A stretch of 55,146 bases of DNA from NCBI GenBank assembly GCA_024274875.1, contig JAJSAH010000018.1:1-55146 (forward strand), given 5' to 3'. Both the position numbers and the translations under genes were made by a program. The notes under the pieces were generated by a model, which saw only the letters and a program-made list of their open reading frames with translations, was not told where the DNA came from and searched no databases. This stretch comes from an archaeon (GTDB taxonomy: Archaea > Micrarchaeota > Micrarchaeia > CAILAH01). Of this stretch, positions 8,942 through 19,078 are shown one piece after another; within the stretch, counting starts at the first letter, position 1, and every line of letters starts with the position of its first letter.

Positions 8942-9631
8942 TTAACGCTGAAGATACTTAATGCACTTCCTTGAATACATTATAACATATCTTCCTCCAG
9001 CATTCCTCGATATTACTCTGCCATCTGCTACTAAACAAGTGTTTTTGCTCGCAGACACAATAATTTTTTTGCATTTTGTTGTTGCAGGTGATGCGCTCCT
9101 AAAACACGGAGAGATGGGAGTTATGCACAGCATCTTAGAACGAAGAGATAAAGATGCGCCTCCAGCTGAATATGAATATGCAGTTGAACCGAAAGGAGTT
9201 GCGATTACCAATCCATCTCCTCTAAACTCAATTTTGTTTCCATTGAATAAACACTTAATGCGGGCAACGCAATAGTTATTAGAATGAAATACAGCATCAT
9301 TCATAAAATGCGTAAGCACCCTATTTCCTTTTTTAATCTGCATTACAGGCAGAGGAATGTATTTCGCATGAAGCAACTTTAATATGCCTTTCCGCCAGTT
9401 TTTGCGATTCAATTGCGCGCGGTAACTGCTCTCTGACCCAATTAGCAGAACCTTCCCTTCCAATTCATCTAAATAATAGTATAAAGTTCCATCACCGCCA
9501 ATCACAATAGTATATTCAGGGTTAGCGCTATCCCACGCAAATCCCCTGCTCTGCAGAAACTTTTTTACTGCATCCCGCAATCTCACTGCCCACCTTTTCT
9601 TGAGGTTGGCTAACACATTAAAGCTGGTCAC
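8942..9631 (-). CDS. nadK: NAD(+) kinase
   Basis: GGDGT, ND and GDGLVIATPFGSTAYSYSAGG motifs. Confidence 0.9.
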   Translation of the reverse strand: MTSFNVLANLKKRWAVRLRDAVKKFLQSRGFAWDSANPEYTIVIGGDGTLYYYLDELEGKVLLIGSESSYRAQLNRKNWRKGILKLLHAKYIPLPVMQIKKGNRVLTHFMNDAVFHSNNYCVARIKCLFNGNKIEFRGDGLVIATPFGSTAYSYSAGGASLSLRSKMLCITPISPCFRSASPATTKCKKIIVSASKNTCLVADGRVISRNAGGRYVIMYSRKCIKYLQR

Positions 9632-9653
9632 ATTAAAAGATTAAAAACAATAT

Positions 9654-10067
9654 TTAAAAAACTGCCTTAACAACTGAAAAAGGAAATTTCGATGCATCTT
9701 GATAAAACTCAAGAGATACTGAACGTTCATCAATACTCATAACGCATTCTCCAATATTCAACAACGCACCAACATTTCTCCCAAACATCTTTTCCAGCAT
9801 CGCTTCTGTCAGCCCTATTGCAAACGGATCAAAATAGAATGCATCACCCGTGCAATATCCTACTAATTTGCCTGTGCGCTTATCAAGTATGGAACCATCT
9901 GATTGAACAGCAATTTTAATCGATGCGTTGGGATTAAGCTGCATTATCTTTCGACCCGCTTCATAAAGATTTGACCTTAGACCTTCCGAAAGATCTTTCA
10001 TGCTTGTGAACTCGCTTTTCCTTGGCGATTTAGCTTTTGCATCTTTAAATTTATTCAAAAATGTCAT
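9654..10067 (-). CDS. Hypothetical protein
   Basis: 137-aa ORF filling the gap; no recognisable motif. Confidence 0.55.
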   Translation of the reverse strand: MTFLNKFKDAKAKSPRKSEFTSMKDLSEGLRSNLYEAGRKIMQLNPNASIKIAVQSDGSILDKRTGKLVGYCTGDAFYFDPFAIGLTEAMLEKMFGRNVGALLNIGECVMSIDERSVSLEFYQDASKFPFSVVKAVF

Positions 10068-10128
10068 AGCATAACATATTTTTAAAGATGTTTAAATAGT
10101 TTATCATTAATTATGTTATGGTGGTAGT

Positions 10129-10668
10129 ATGGCAAAAGCGGTAATGATAATTGCCCCGGAAAATTTTAGGGATGAGGAACTCTTCGTGCCTAAAAAAATT
10201 TTGGAAGAAAACGGGATTGAAGTAGTTGTCGCAAGCACAAAAAAAGGCACTTGCAAAGGCATGCTCGGAGGAACTGTAATCGCTCAGGCAACGCTTGATG
10301 AGATAGATGTTGATAATTTTGATGCAGTGATGTTTGTTGGCGGGAGCGGCACTCCAATTATAAGAAAAGAAGAGAGAGCGCTTGAGATCGCTAAAAATGC
10401 AGCGAGCAAAGGGAAAATTGTTGGAGCAATATGCTGGGCTCCAACAACATTGGCAAAAGCAGGGATTCTCAGAGGTAAAAAAGCAACTGTATGGGTTGGT
10501 CCTGACCTCGAGTACGGAAAAAGCACAGATAAAGTTTTAGAGGAGTACGGCGCAGAATATGTTAATCAGGGAGTAGTTGAAGATGGAAGCATCATAACTG
10601 CTGATGGACCCAACAGCGCAGATTTATATGCAAGGAAAGTGCTCGAAAAAATTATGGTTAAATCATAA
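10129..10668 (+). CDS. pfpI: DJ-1/PfpI family protein
   Basis: FRDEEL, FVGGSG, nucleophile elbow GAICWAP, ITADGP. Confidence 0.9.
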   Translation: MAKAVMIIAPENFRDEELFVPKKILEENGIEVVVASTKKGTCKGMLGGTVIAQATLDEIDVDNFDAVMFVGGSGTPIIRKEERALEIAKNAASKGKIVGAICWAPTTLAKAGILRGKKATVWVGPDLEYGKSTDKVLEEYGAEYVNQGVVEDGSIITADGPNSADLYARKVLEKIMVKS

Positions 10669-10678
10669 ACAAACGCTG

Positions 10679-11761
10679 TTAAAAAATGCCGAACTTCTTC
10701 TTTTTTATACCTGCAAATTTTCTAAGAAGCTCTTTTTGTTCTCTGTTTAAATTAGTAGGCGTCTCAACAAAAAATTCAACTATATGGTCTCCGTATCCGC
10801 TCGCCCTAAAAATGGGCATGCCCTTATTACGTATTGTGTGCTTGTCTCCTGTCTGGATGCCAGGTTTAATATTGATTTTTTGAGTGCCATGCAGAGTTTT
10901 AATTTCGACCGCGCCTCCCAGAGCAGCAGTCACCATATCAAGTTTCACCTTTGAGAATATATTGTTGCCTTCCCTGGAAAATTCATTATGCGGCTGAATG
11001 TAAACATTAACATACAAATCGCCAATTCCATCCTTGCCAAATTCCCCTCCCTGCGGAACTCTCAACGAGATTCCATGAGGAATGCCTCGCGGAATTTTTA
11101 ATTCAATTTTCTCATATTTATTCTCATAACCTTTTCCGTTGCATTTTGCGCACGGATGTTTAGGAACCTTGCCTGCGCCGTTGCACGCGTTGCATGGCCG
11201 TTCGCTGACCATCCTTCCAAAGATGGTGCGGTTAATTGACCTCACATAACCTCTGCCTCCGCATTCTCCGCATGAGACAAACCCTTTGCCATCTTCTGCT
11301 CCTATGCCTTTGCACGCGTTGCATGGCGCATTATGATAATAAGATATTGATTTCTTAGCGCCTTTGAACACCTCCTCTAAACTAACTTCTAAATCATAAC
11401 TAAGATCGCTGCCATAGTCCTTCCTGCGCCGCATCCTTCCAAAAAATGAGGAAAATATATCGGCAAAAGGAGACCCTGAAAAAATGTCCTCAAAATCTGA
11501 GAAATCTGCTCCCCTGAATATATCTTCAGCAGAATACCCTGAGAATGCAGACGAGCCGTACATATCGTATTGCCTTCGTTTTTCATCATCGCTAAGCACA
11601 GCGTATGCTTCGGAGATTTTCTTAAATTTTTCATCAGCTCCAGGATCTTTATTACGGTCCGGATGATATTTAAGAGCCAGTTTTCTGTAAGCTTTCTTTA
11701 TCTCTTCCTTCGTTGCATTCCTTTCAACTCCTAACACTGAATAATAATCATCTAAATCCAT
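10679..11761 (-). CDS. dnaJ: Chaperone DnaJ
   Basis: J domain with HPD, G/F region, four CxxCxGxG repeats. Confidence 0.97.
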   Translation of the reverse strand: MDLDDYYSVLGVERNATKEEIKKAYRKLALKYHPDRNKDPGADEKFKKISEAYAVLSDDEKRRQYDMYGSSAFSGYSAEDIFRGADFSDFEDIFSGSPFADIFSSFFGRMRRRKDYGSDLSYDLEVSLEEVFKGAKKSISYYHNAPCNACKGIGAEDGKGFVSCGECGGRGYVRSINRTIFGRMVSERPCNACNGAGKVPKHPCAKCNGKGYENKYEKIELKIPRGIPHGISLRVPQGGEFGKDGIGDLYVNVYIQPHNEFSREGNNIFSKVKLDMVTAALGGAVEIKTLHGTQKINIKPGIQTGDKHTIRNKGMPIFRASGYGDHIVEFFVETPTNLNREQKELLRKFAGIKKKKFGIF

Positions 11762-11763
11762 GC

Positions 11764-13584
11764 TCACTCCTTCTTTTCATACTCAGCATCATAAGATTTC
11801 TTGCTGTCTTCATTACCTGATGGTTGGGATTGGGTATTTGCATTTTCATACATCTTGCTTCCAACCTTCTCCAGCTCCCTTTTAATCTCATTCATCTTTT
11901 CCTTTATCTTTCCTAAATCATCAGCGGTAAGCAATTCACGAAGTTCATCAGAATGTTTTTTAAGGTTGGTTTTTATGCTATCATCGATCTTTTCCCCAAA
12001 CTTATCCAATGTGTCAGACACAGCATAAACAAGCGATTCTGCCTCATTTTTTGTTTCAGCAAGCTCTCTCCTCTTTTTGTCCTCTTCCTCGTATTTCTTC
12101 GCCTCATCCATCTTTTTCTTTATATCGTCCTCATTCATTTTAAGCGGTGCTGTCACTCTTATTTTTTGTTCTTTGTTGGTTGCCAAATCCTTTGCTGATA
12201 CATTGAGTATGCCATTCGCATCAATATCAAAAGTTACCTCTACTTTTGGCACGCCGCGTTTAGCGGGAGGTATGCCATCAAGCGTAAATGTTCCTAACAA
12301 CACATTATCTGAGGCCATTGCTCGCTCTCCTTGGTACACTTTAATGTCTACGCTGGTCTGAAAATCGGCGGCTGTGCTGAATATCTGAGATTTCTTTGCA
12401 GGAATAGTTGTATTACGCTCGATGAGCTTTGTGAATACCCCTCCAAGCGTTTCTATGCCTAATGAGAGAGGAGTTACATCAAGCAGTAGCACATCTTTCA
12501 CTTCGCCTGATATGATCGCGCCCTGAATAGCTGCTCCCTTAGCAACAGCTTCCATAGGGTCGACGCCGCGCTCGATTTTCTTCCCAACATACTCCTCAAC
12601 AAACTTTTGAACAATAGGCATTCTTGTAGGGCCTCCTATTAGGATTATTTTTGTTATATCATCCTTAGTCATCTTCGCGTCATCAAGCGCGCGTTTTATA
12701 GGATCCCCGCATCTCTGAACAATTGGACGCACTATATCCTCAAGCTTTGCGCGCGTAAGCTTATGCACAAAATTCACTGGCTGGCCGTTGCGCATTGCAA
12801 GGTATGGCAGGTTTATTTCAGTGTCCAAAACAGTTGATAATTCAATCTTCGCTTTCTCAGCTGCTTCGCGCAATCTTTGCATTGCTGCAGCATCCCCTGA
12901 TACATCCAAATCATGCTCTCTCTTAATTACAGATAATAAATATTCAATTATAGCATTATCCATATCATGTCCGCCAAGTTGTGTATCACCGCTCGTTGAC
13001 TTTACTTCAAAAACTCCATCACCGAATTCCATCACTGTAACATCCAGCGTGCCTCCTCCAAAATCAAACACAAGTATTTTGTGCTCCTCATTGCTCTTAT
13101 TTACTCCATACGCAAGACAGGCCGCGGTCGGCTCATTAACAAGGCGGATCACATCTAAACCTGCAATTTTGCCGGCATCTTTAGTAGCCTGCCTCTGGTT
13201 GTCATTGAAATACGCTGGAACGGTAATTACAGCTTTTTCGACAGTATCTCCTAAAAATGCCTCTGCATCTTTTTTGATTTTTTGCAGTATGAATGCAGAA
13301 ATCTCTTGCGGAGAATACTCTTTGCCGCCAGCCTTAAATTTGTAATCAGTGCCCATTTTGCGCTTTGCGCCTATTATGGTATTCTTAGGATTGGTGATTG
13401 CCTGCCTGCGCGCCGGCTCTCCAACCAACAATTGTCCATCATTCGAAAAAGCAACAACGCTTGGAAATGATTTTCCATACTGTGATGCACCTTCAGCGCT
13501 CGGCACAATAGTTGCAACGCCTCCTTCCATTACAGCTGCTGCTGAATTGGAAGTGCCTAAATCAATCCCGATTATTTTTCCCAT
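11764..13584 (-). CDS. dnaK: Chaperone DnaK (Hsp70)
   Basis: [25 protein letters not shown] and DVTPLSLG motifs. Confidence 0.98.
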   Translation of the reverse strand: MGKIIGIDLGTSNSAAAVMEGGVATIVPSAEGASQYGKSFPSVVAFSNDGQLLVGEPARRQAITNPKNTIIGAKRKMGTDYKFKAGGKEYSPQEISAFILQKIKKDAEAFLGDTVEKAVITVPAYFNDNQRQATKDAGKIAGLDVIRLVNEPTAACLAYGVNKSNEEHKILVFDFGGGTLDVTVMEFGDGVFEVKSTSGDTQLGGHDMDNAIIEYLLSVIKREHDLDVSGDAAAMQRLREAAEKAKIELSTVLDTEINLPYLAMRNGQPVNFVHKLTRAKLEDIVRPIVQRCGDPIKRALDDAKMTKDDITKIILIGGPTRMPIVQKFVEEYVGKKIERGVDPMEAVAKGAAIQGAIISGEVKDVLLLDVTPLSLGIETLGGVFTKLIERNTTIPAKKSQIFSTAADFQTSVDIKVYQGERAMASDNVLLGTFTLDGIPPAKRGVPKVEVTFDIDANGILNVSAKDLATNKEQKIRVTAPLKMNEDDIKKKMDEAKKYEEEDKKRRELAETKNEAESLVYAVSDTLDKFGEKIDDSIKTNLKKHSDELRELLTADDLGKIKEKMNEIKRELEKVGSKMYENANTQSQPSGNEDSKKSYDAEYEKKE

Positions 13585-14022
13585 TTAATCAACCTCCTTA
13601 TGCTTTCCTACAATTACCTTAGGATACCGAATAATATTTCCGTTGAGCGTATATCCTTTCCTGACTACCTGAACAATTCTGCCATCATGATCAGGGTCAT
13701 CAACATCAACAACCTGTATCGCCTCCGCAATCTCTGGTGAAAATTCCTCACCATCTGGAGATAATTGCCTTAATCCATGCGAACTGAGAATCTTTCCTAG
13801 CTTTTTAGCAATAAGTTCAACTCCTGAATCATCAGAATGCTCAAAGTATGAGTCAAAATCATCCAATACTTCTATCAGATCCTTTATTATGCTCTCGCCT
13901 GCGCGACTCTCCATCTCGCTCTGCTGTTTTGCAATTCTCTTCTTATAATTCTCAAAATCTGCATACAATCGCTTATACCTGTCTTCAAGCTCAGAGAGAT
14001 CTTTATCAGAATTAACCGGCAT
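13585..14022 (-). CDS. grpE: Nucleotide exchange factor GrpE
   Basis: RLYADFENYKKR and VVRKGYTLNG..IRYPKVIV; first gene of grpE-dnaK-dnaJ. Confidence 0.95.
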   Translation of the reverse strand: MPVNSDKDLSELEDRYKRLYADFENYKKRIAKQQSEMESRAGESIIKDLIEVLDDFDSYFEHSDDSGVELIAKKLGKILSSHGLRQLSPDGEEFSPEIAEAIQVVDVDDPDHDGRIVQVVRKGYTLNGNIIRYPKVIVGKHKEVD

Positions 14023-14070
14023 ATCTGCACACCTTAAGAATTAAGATATGTTTATGAAATATTAAAATTT

Positions 14071-14096
14071 AAAAACGCATCGCTTCCTGGCGATGC
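14071..14096 (-). terminator. Hairpin plus U-tract intrinsic terminator after the DEAD-box helicase gene
   Basis: Minus strand GCATCGC-CAGGAA-GCGATGC followed by GTTTTT, 14 nt past the stop codon. Confidence 0.6.
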
Positions 14097-14110
14097 TCAA
14101 AAATAAGGAA

Positions 14111-15217
14111 TTAATAACCTCTCTCGATATAATAATTTATGCCATGAAATTCCTTTGGTCCTGACGAATGCGGACCTGCGCCGCTTGAATCATCCAAAAA
14201 TGTGATAGCGTATCCTTTGTTGCCCATTCTTCCAGTTCTCCCTATCCTATGCTTATGCGTATCAGCATCGTTAGCAGCATCATAATTAACAACGCATTCA
14301 ACATTATCTATCTGAAGACCTCTCGCAGCAACATCTGTTGCAACCAACACTCTCTTGCGGCCCGACTTAAACTCTCCAAGCGAAATTTCTCGCCTTTTCT
14401 GCGAAAGATCACCGTGTATAGCAACCGCTCTGTACCCTCTTCGGTTAAGCTTCTCAGTTAATATGCTTGCATATCTCTTAGTTGATACAAAAACCAATGC
14501 TCTGTTCTTTCCAAACTTATTAATGCAATTTATAAGTTCTCTAAACTTGTTCTTTCTCTGAACAATTAGGTTCTTTTCGATGATATTATTGCCTAAAAGG
14601 TTGTCCTTAATAGTCACAGTTTCATAATCCTGCACATAATCTTTAATGAGCGAAATCACATTCTCTTCAAGCGTTGCAGAAAACAGGTGAACGCTCTTAG
14701 CGTTCGCTTTCGCAAGTATTCTTCTAACATCATCTACAAACCCCATATCAAGCATTCTGTCCGCCTCATCGAGCACAACTGTATCAAAATCTCTTAAGTT
14801 AATTGTCCCGCGCTCAATGTGGTCTAAAAGCCTTCCGGGAGTCGCGCACAGCATATCAACTTTTCCTTGAAGAATTTTAATTTCCCCTTCAATTCCATGC
14901 CCTCCATACACCGCAAATATCCTTAATTTAGTGTATCGGTTTATATTCCGCAATTCTTCTTTTACTTGCACTACTAATTCACGGGTTGGTCCAACAATCA
15001 ACACAGATTTCTTCTTTCCATCAGCAATCAAGCTTGACAGAGGTATGCCAAATGCAGCGGTCTTGCCGCTTCCAGTATAACTCTTTGCAGCAACATTATA
15101 TCCATCAAGGATTAATGGGATTGTGCGTAATTGCACTTCTGTTGGATTTCTGTAATCCATATCTTTCAACGCCCTCTTTATCTGTGGGCTAAACTCAAAG
15201 CTTTCAAATTCATTCAC
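14111..15217 (-). CDS. DEAD-box RNA helicase
   Basis: Q motif, TGSGKT, PTREL, TPGR, DEAD, SAT, ARG and HRIGRTGR motifs; GTG start with AAGGTG SD. Confidence 0.95.
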   Translation of the reverse strand: MNEFESFEFSPQIKRALKDMDYRNPTEVQLRTIPLILDGYNVAAKSYTGSGKTAAFGIPLSSLIADGKKKSVLIVGPTRELVVQVKEELRNINRYTKLRIFAVYGGHGIEGEIKILQGKVDMLCATPGRLLDHIERGTINLRDFDTVVLDEADRMLDMGFVDDVRRILAKANAKSVHLFSATLEENVISLIKDYVQDYETVTIKDNLLGNNIIEKNLIVQRKNKFRELINCINKFGKNRALVFVSTKRYASILTEKLNRRGYRAVAIHGDLSQKRREISLGEFKSGRKRVLVATDVAARGLQIDNVECVVNYDAANDADTHKHRIGRTGRMGNKGYAITFLDDSSGAGPHSSGPKEFHGINYYIERGY

Positions 15218-15359
15218 TTAAAACACCTTTGTTATAAACGTACTCCAATTCAAAATCCGAACCAGAATACACCTATTGTGGGTTTATTATGTATGGCAGG
15301 GTTTATATAGTTTTCTGGAAACCAAAAAGTATATATCTAATCCCTGTCCATTTATGTGC

Positions 15360-15875
15360 ATGCCTGCAGCAAAATTAATCGTGCTCGAAGGAGGAAAAAA
15401 CAAAAATGAATTCCGCAATCTAAATGTTAAAAGCTATAACAAGAATTTTTCTGGAAAATTTTACTTGCAATCTGCAAGGTACAAAATACAGTATGATGGA
15501 AACAGCACGCTATTTATCGGCAGAAGGGATAACTTGCTGAAAATCGCATACCAGAGCACTTATGATCCAGAAATCATCGAAATGGCGCGCAAGATGGTTG
15601 AGAACGACCTGCCCTCCTCCAGCATTGTTAAGCAGGCAGTGAGATTGGGGTGCAGCACTGCGATCTGTTTCGATATATTTGATAACCGCATAAATTTGGC
15701 GATGACGCGCAGTGTGTTCCTAAAATATATCCAGGATGCAGATAATGTGATGCAGATGGATGCGGAAAAAAAATTATGGACCGAACACTGTGAAATAACA
15801 ACACAGTTTCAAAACTTGTTTGAATGCGAAGTATCATCATTCTATTTCTTGATAAGAATTATTGCAAACAGATAG
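15360..15875 (+). CDS. Hypothetical protein
   Basis: ORF with probable start MPAAKLIVLEGGK downstream of a TATA-like TATATA. Confidence 0.5.
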   Translation: MPAAKLIVLEGGKNKNEFRNLNVKSYNKNFSGKFYLQSARYKIQYDGNSTLFIGRRDNLLKIAYQSTYDPEIIEMARKMVENDLPSSSIVKQAVRLGCSTAICFDIFDNRINLAMTRSVFLKYIQDADNVMQMDAEKKLWTEHCEITTQFQNLFECEVSSFYFLIRIIANR

Positions 15876-15887
15876 AATGAACCATAA

Positions 15888-16292
15888 TCATAAATCATTA
15901 ATGCGCATTTCCATTGCGCAGGAATTTGCAATAACTTCCAACCCATTGCGCGCTGCAAATTCATACGCTTCCTTATTATACGCGCCCGGCTGCATCCAGA
16001 TTAATTTCAAACTATTATGCATTTTTTTAAGTTCAACCGCCTGCTTAACTATCCCTAAAACTGCAGCTGCATGCACAAAAATATCGACCATATCTATGCT
16101 CTTAGCAATATTTTCTGGCAGAGCAATCAATGAAGGATAGCACTTAACTCCTTCAATTGAATCATACTTTGGAGTTATGGGGATCACTTTGAACCCATTC
16201 TTAATAAAGTAGCGCATAACCGCATTGCTGGGCCTGTTTGGGTTAGGCGACGCGCCTACTACTGCAATCACGCGAACATCATTCCAATTCAT
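15888..16292 (-). CDS. CoA-binding protein (YccU-like)
   Basis: IAVVGASPNPNRPS, VDIF, IWMQPG and NSC motifs. Confidence 0.9.
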   Translation of the reverse strand: MNWNDVRVIAVVGASPNPNRPSNAVMRYFIKNGFKVIPITPKYDSIEGVKCYPSLIALPENIAKSIDMVDIFVHAAAVLGIVKQAVELKKMHNSLKLIWMQPGAYNKEAYEFAARNGLEVIANSCAMEMRINDL

Positions 16293-16319
16293 AATAAAAA
16301 TATGATGCATAAGATTTTA

Positions 16320-17147
16320 TTAAGTAGTATGCTTTCTCTTGCGCACTGCTTCCGGCCTAATAAGATCTTTGGTGATATTAAAGTCATCTTGACTGCGTTC
16401 AGCAATCTCATTGATTGCATTCGCAACAATATTCTTCAATATTCCAGGAATCCCATCACTACGCAACAATCTGTTGAGCAAGTAATACTTCCCATCAAAT
16501 ATGCAATTCTCCACAAGCTTAACCCCAACAATTACCCTATTCTCCTCTGGAATAAGCGAATTTGAGCATACCCCAACCAAATCGTTGAACTCATTTTCTG
16601 TCAAACTCGGCCCTACCATCCGCATATCATTAACGCTGATGTGAATGCTTGCAGCATTCCTAACCTTTCTCGGCAGCGCAATGTTCCTGCACATTTTAAC
16701 CAACATAACTTTATCGCCGCGCGATGCAAAATTATCCACTGCGCGCATTCCCACTTTTTTTAGGTCATTTTTTGCCATTAACTTGATGTTTCGCGGAATG
16801 TTGCAACTTATGCTAAGCCTCGATAATTCGAAAATATCATCAGTGATACAACAATTTTCTATGGCTTTCATTCCGGAATATTCGCGCACTTTCATGAGAT
16901 ATCCCTCATTCTCGCAGATGGAAACAAGCGATTCATAATCGCACATCGATGAGTATATCTCGCACAATTTCATGCCTGCATATTCCCTTACCTGAGGATG
17001 TTGATATGAATCCCTGCCTATAACCTCCAAGTAATCAAGCCTACTGTTTGAGATGCATCTGCGAACCAGCTCCATGCCACACCGTATCCGTTCGCTTTCA
17101 TCTTCGGAAAACCGCGCTGAATACATAAGTTCATTCATGCTACTCAT
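16320..17147 (-). CDS. Helical tandem-repeat protein (~34-aa units)
   Basis: Recurring VREYAGMKLCE / VREYSGMKAIE / KVGMRAVD / IVGVKLVE units. Confidence 0.6.
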   Translation of the reverse strand: MSSMNELMYSARFSEDESERIRCGMELVRRCISNSRLDYLEVIGRDSYQHPQVREYAGMKLCEIYSSMCDYESLVSICENEGYLMKVREYSGMKAIENCCITDDIFELSRLSISCNIPRNIKLMAKNDLKKVGMRAVDNFASRGDKVMLVKMCRNIALPRKVRNAASIHISVNDMRMVGPSLTENEFNDLVGVCSNSLIPEENRVIVGVKLVENCIFDGKYYLLNRLLRSDGIPGILKNIVANAINEIAERSQDDFNITKDLIRPEAVRKRKHTT

Positions 17148-17222
17148 AACCCATCACTCTGCATGCATGTAAGATAAGAATTATTATTAAAAAATATAAA
17201 TGAAAAAATGTAACCTATTCTA

Positions 17223-19025
17223 CTATTCAACAGTGACCGATTTTGCGAGGTTGCGGGGGCGGTCGACATCAACCCCTTTTAGGTCCGCTATGTAATACGC
17301 CAAAAGCTGCAAAGGTATTACATTAATTATAGGAGAAACTAACGGGCTTGTTTTTGGAACCTCTATAATATAATCAGCAACCTGCCTGACATTCTCATCA
17401 ATCTCATTAATCACTGCAATTACAATTGCTTTGCGAGCTTTAACCTCTTCCATATTGCTGACTACCTTATCATACAACCCATCTTTTGGAGATATGAATA
17501 CTACCGGAAACCCTTCATCAATCAATGCAATCGGCCCATGCTTCATCTCGCCGGCAGGATAACCTTCTGCATGTATGTACGAAATCTCTTTCAATTTAAG
17601 AGCGCCTTCAAGCGCCACTGGATAATTAATGCCTCTGCCTAAATACAAAAAATTTCTCTTTTGCGCAAGATCTTCTGCAATGCGTTCAACTATCTTTGCG
17701 TTATCGAGCACTCTATCGACCATATTGGGCAAATCTGTGATCTCATTAAGCAATTGGTTATCTGCAACTCCTCCACGGGCTTGGCGCGCGTATAAGGCAA
17801 ACAGCAGCAGCGCAAGAACCTGGCTCGTGAACGCTTTGGTGCTCGCAACGCTTATCTCTGGACCTGCACGAAGATAAATTCCTCCGTCAACCTCGCGCGA
17901 AATCGTTGACCCAACAACATTTACAATACCTATAACTCGCGCGCCTTTCTGCTTAGCAGCGCGCACTGCGCCTATCGTATCCGCAGTTTCGCCCGACTGC
18001 GAGATCGCAATAACTAAATCTCCTCGCCCAATGATTGGGTTTCTATACTTAAATTCTGATGCATAATCAACTTCCACCGGAACGCGAATCAAGTTCTCTA
18101 TAATGTATTTGCCGATTATTGCCGAATGCCAACTTGTTCCACACGCAATGATGATAATACGGCTCACCGAATTTAAGTTCACATTAAGCGTGAGTTTTAC
18201 TGAATTGCCCCTTACCCTGCCTCTTATCAAATTGCTCAGAGATTCGGGCTGTTCAAATATTTCTTTCAGCATAAAATGCTTAAACCCACCTTTCTCAACA
18301 TCTGATAATGATGCATCAAGGCGTTTAACTTGTTTGTTAACGCTCTCGCCGTTAAGTTTTCGAACATGTATTCTATCACACATCACTGATGCGATCTCTC
18401 CATCGGACAAATATACTACTTTATTTGTATTGCCAACTAAAGCAGCCGCATCAGATGCAATGAACATCGCCCCATCTCCAAAACCTATGACTATGGGAGA
18501 GCTTTTGCATGCAACCACTATTCTGTCCTCGCTCTTATGGATCGATGCAATTGCATAGGCGCCTTCAATAGATTTCACTGCCCTTGCAACCGCAGATTCT
18601 AAATCACCATCATAAAATTCCTCTATCAGATGCGCAATAACCTCAGAATCCGTGTCTGATTTGAATGCATGGCCTTTGTCCATCAACATCTTTTTAAGCG
18701 TTTTGTAATTTTCGATTATTCCATTATGCGCAATAGCTATCTCATCTTTGCAGGATGTGTGCGGGTGCGCATTTTCATCTGTGGGTTCTCCGTGAGTGGC
18801 CCACCTTGTATGGCCTATTCCTAATTTTGCATCCTTAAATTCAACCTTTTCAAGTTTTTTCTCAAGTTTTGAGATATTGCCCCCGCACTTTACTGTTGAT
18901 ATCAATCCGCCAGCAATCAATGAGATGCCTGCACTGTCATATCCTCTATACTCAAGCCTTTTTAGGCCCTTGACTAAAAACTCTGCAACATCCCCTTCTC
19001 CAATATACCCTATAATCCCGCACAT
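17223..19025 (-). CDS. glmS: Glutamine--fructose-6-phosphate aminotransferase
   Basis: Ntn start MCGIIG at 19025; GHTRWATHG, SQSGET and C-terminal PRNLAKSVTVE. Confidence 0.98.
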   Translation of the reverse strand: MCGIIGYIGEGDVAEFLVKGLKRLEYRGYDSAGISLIAGGLISTVKCGGNISKLEKKLEKVEFKDAKLGIGHTRWATHGEPTDENAHPHTSCKDEIAIAHNGIIENYKTLKKMLMDKGHAFKSDTDSEVIAHLIEEFYDGDLESAVARAVKSIEGAYAIASIHKSEDRIVVACKSSPIVIGFGDGAMFIASDAAALVGNTNKVVYLSDGEIASVMCDRIHVRKLNGESVNKQVKRLDASLSDVEKGGFKHFMLKEIFEQPESLSNLIRGRVRGNSVKLTLNVNLNSVSRIIIIACGTSWHSAIIGKYIIENLIRVPVEVDYASEFKYRNPIIGRGDLVIAISQSGETADTIGAVRAAKQKGARVIGIVNVVGSTISREVDGGIYLRAGPEISVASTKAFTSQVLALLLFALYARQARGGVADNQLLNEITDLPNMVDRVLDNAKIVERIAEDLAQKRNFLYLGRGINYPVALEGALKLKEISYIHAEGYPAGEMKHGPIALIDEGFPVVFISPKDGLYDKVVSNMEEVKARKAIVIAVINEIDENVRQVADYIIEVPKTSPLVSPIINVIPLQLLAYYIADLKGVDVDRPRNLAKSVTVE

Positions 19026-19078
19026 GAGAAATATTGCAAAAAATACCTTTAAAAAATTAGTATGCGATTTCATAGCGC
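19026..19078. promoter_or_regulatory. Shared divergent promoter region glmS/pta
   Basis: 53-bp gap; TTTAAAAAA at 19048-19056 is centred 27 nt from both ATGs, consistent with back-to-back leaderless transcripts. Confidence 0.5.

Noticed and set aside
15360-15400. LIVLEGGK read as a ClpX-docking-like peptide
   Set aside because: Too short to support, and there is no ClpX context in the window.
19026-19073. 16-aa N-terminal extension of GlmS in the ORF track
   Set aside because: GlmS needs Cys at the mature N-terminus, so the real start is MCGII at 19025. Similar over-extensions were trimmed for ackA, tfb, lonB, GGGPS and others.
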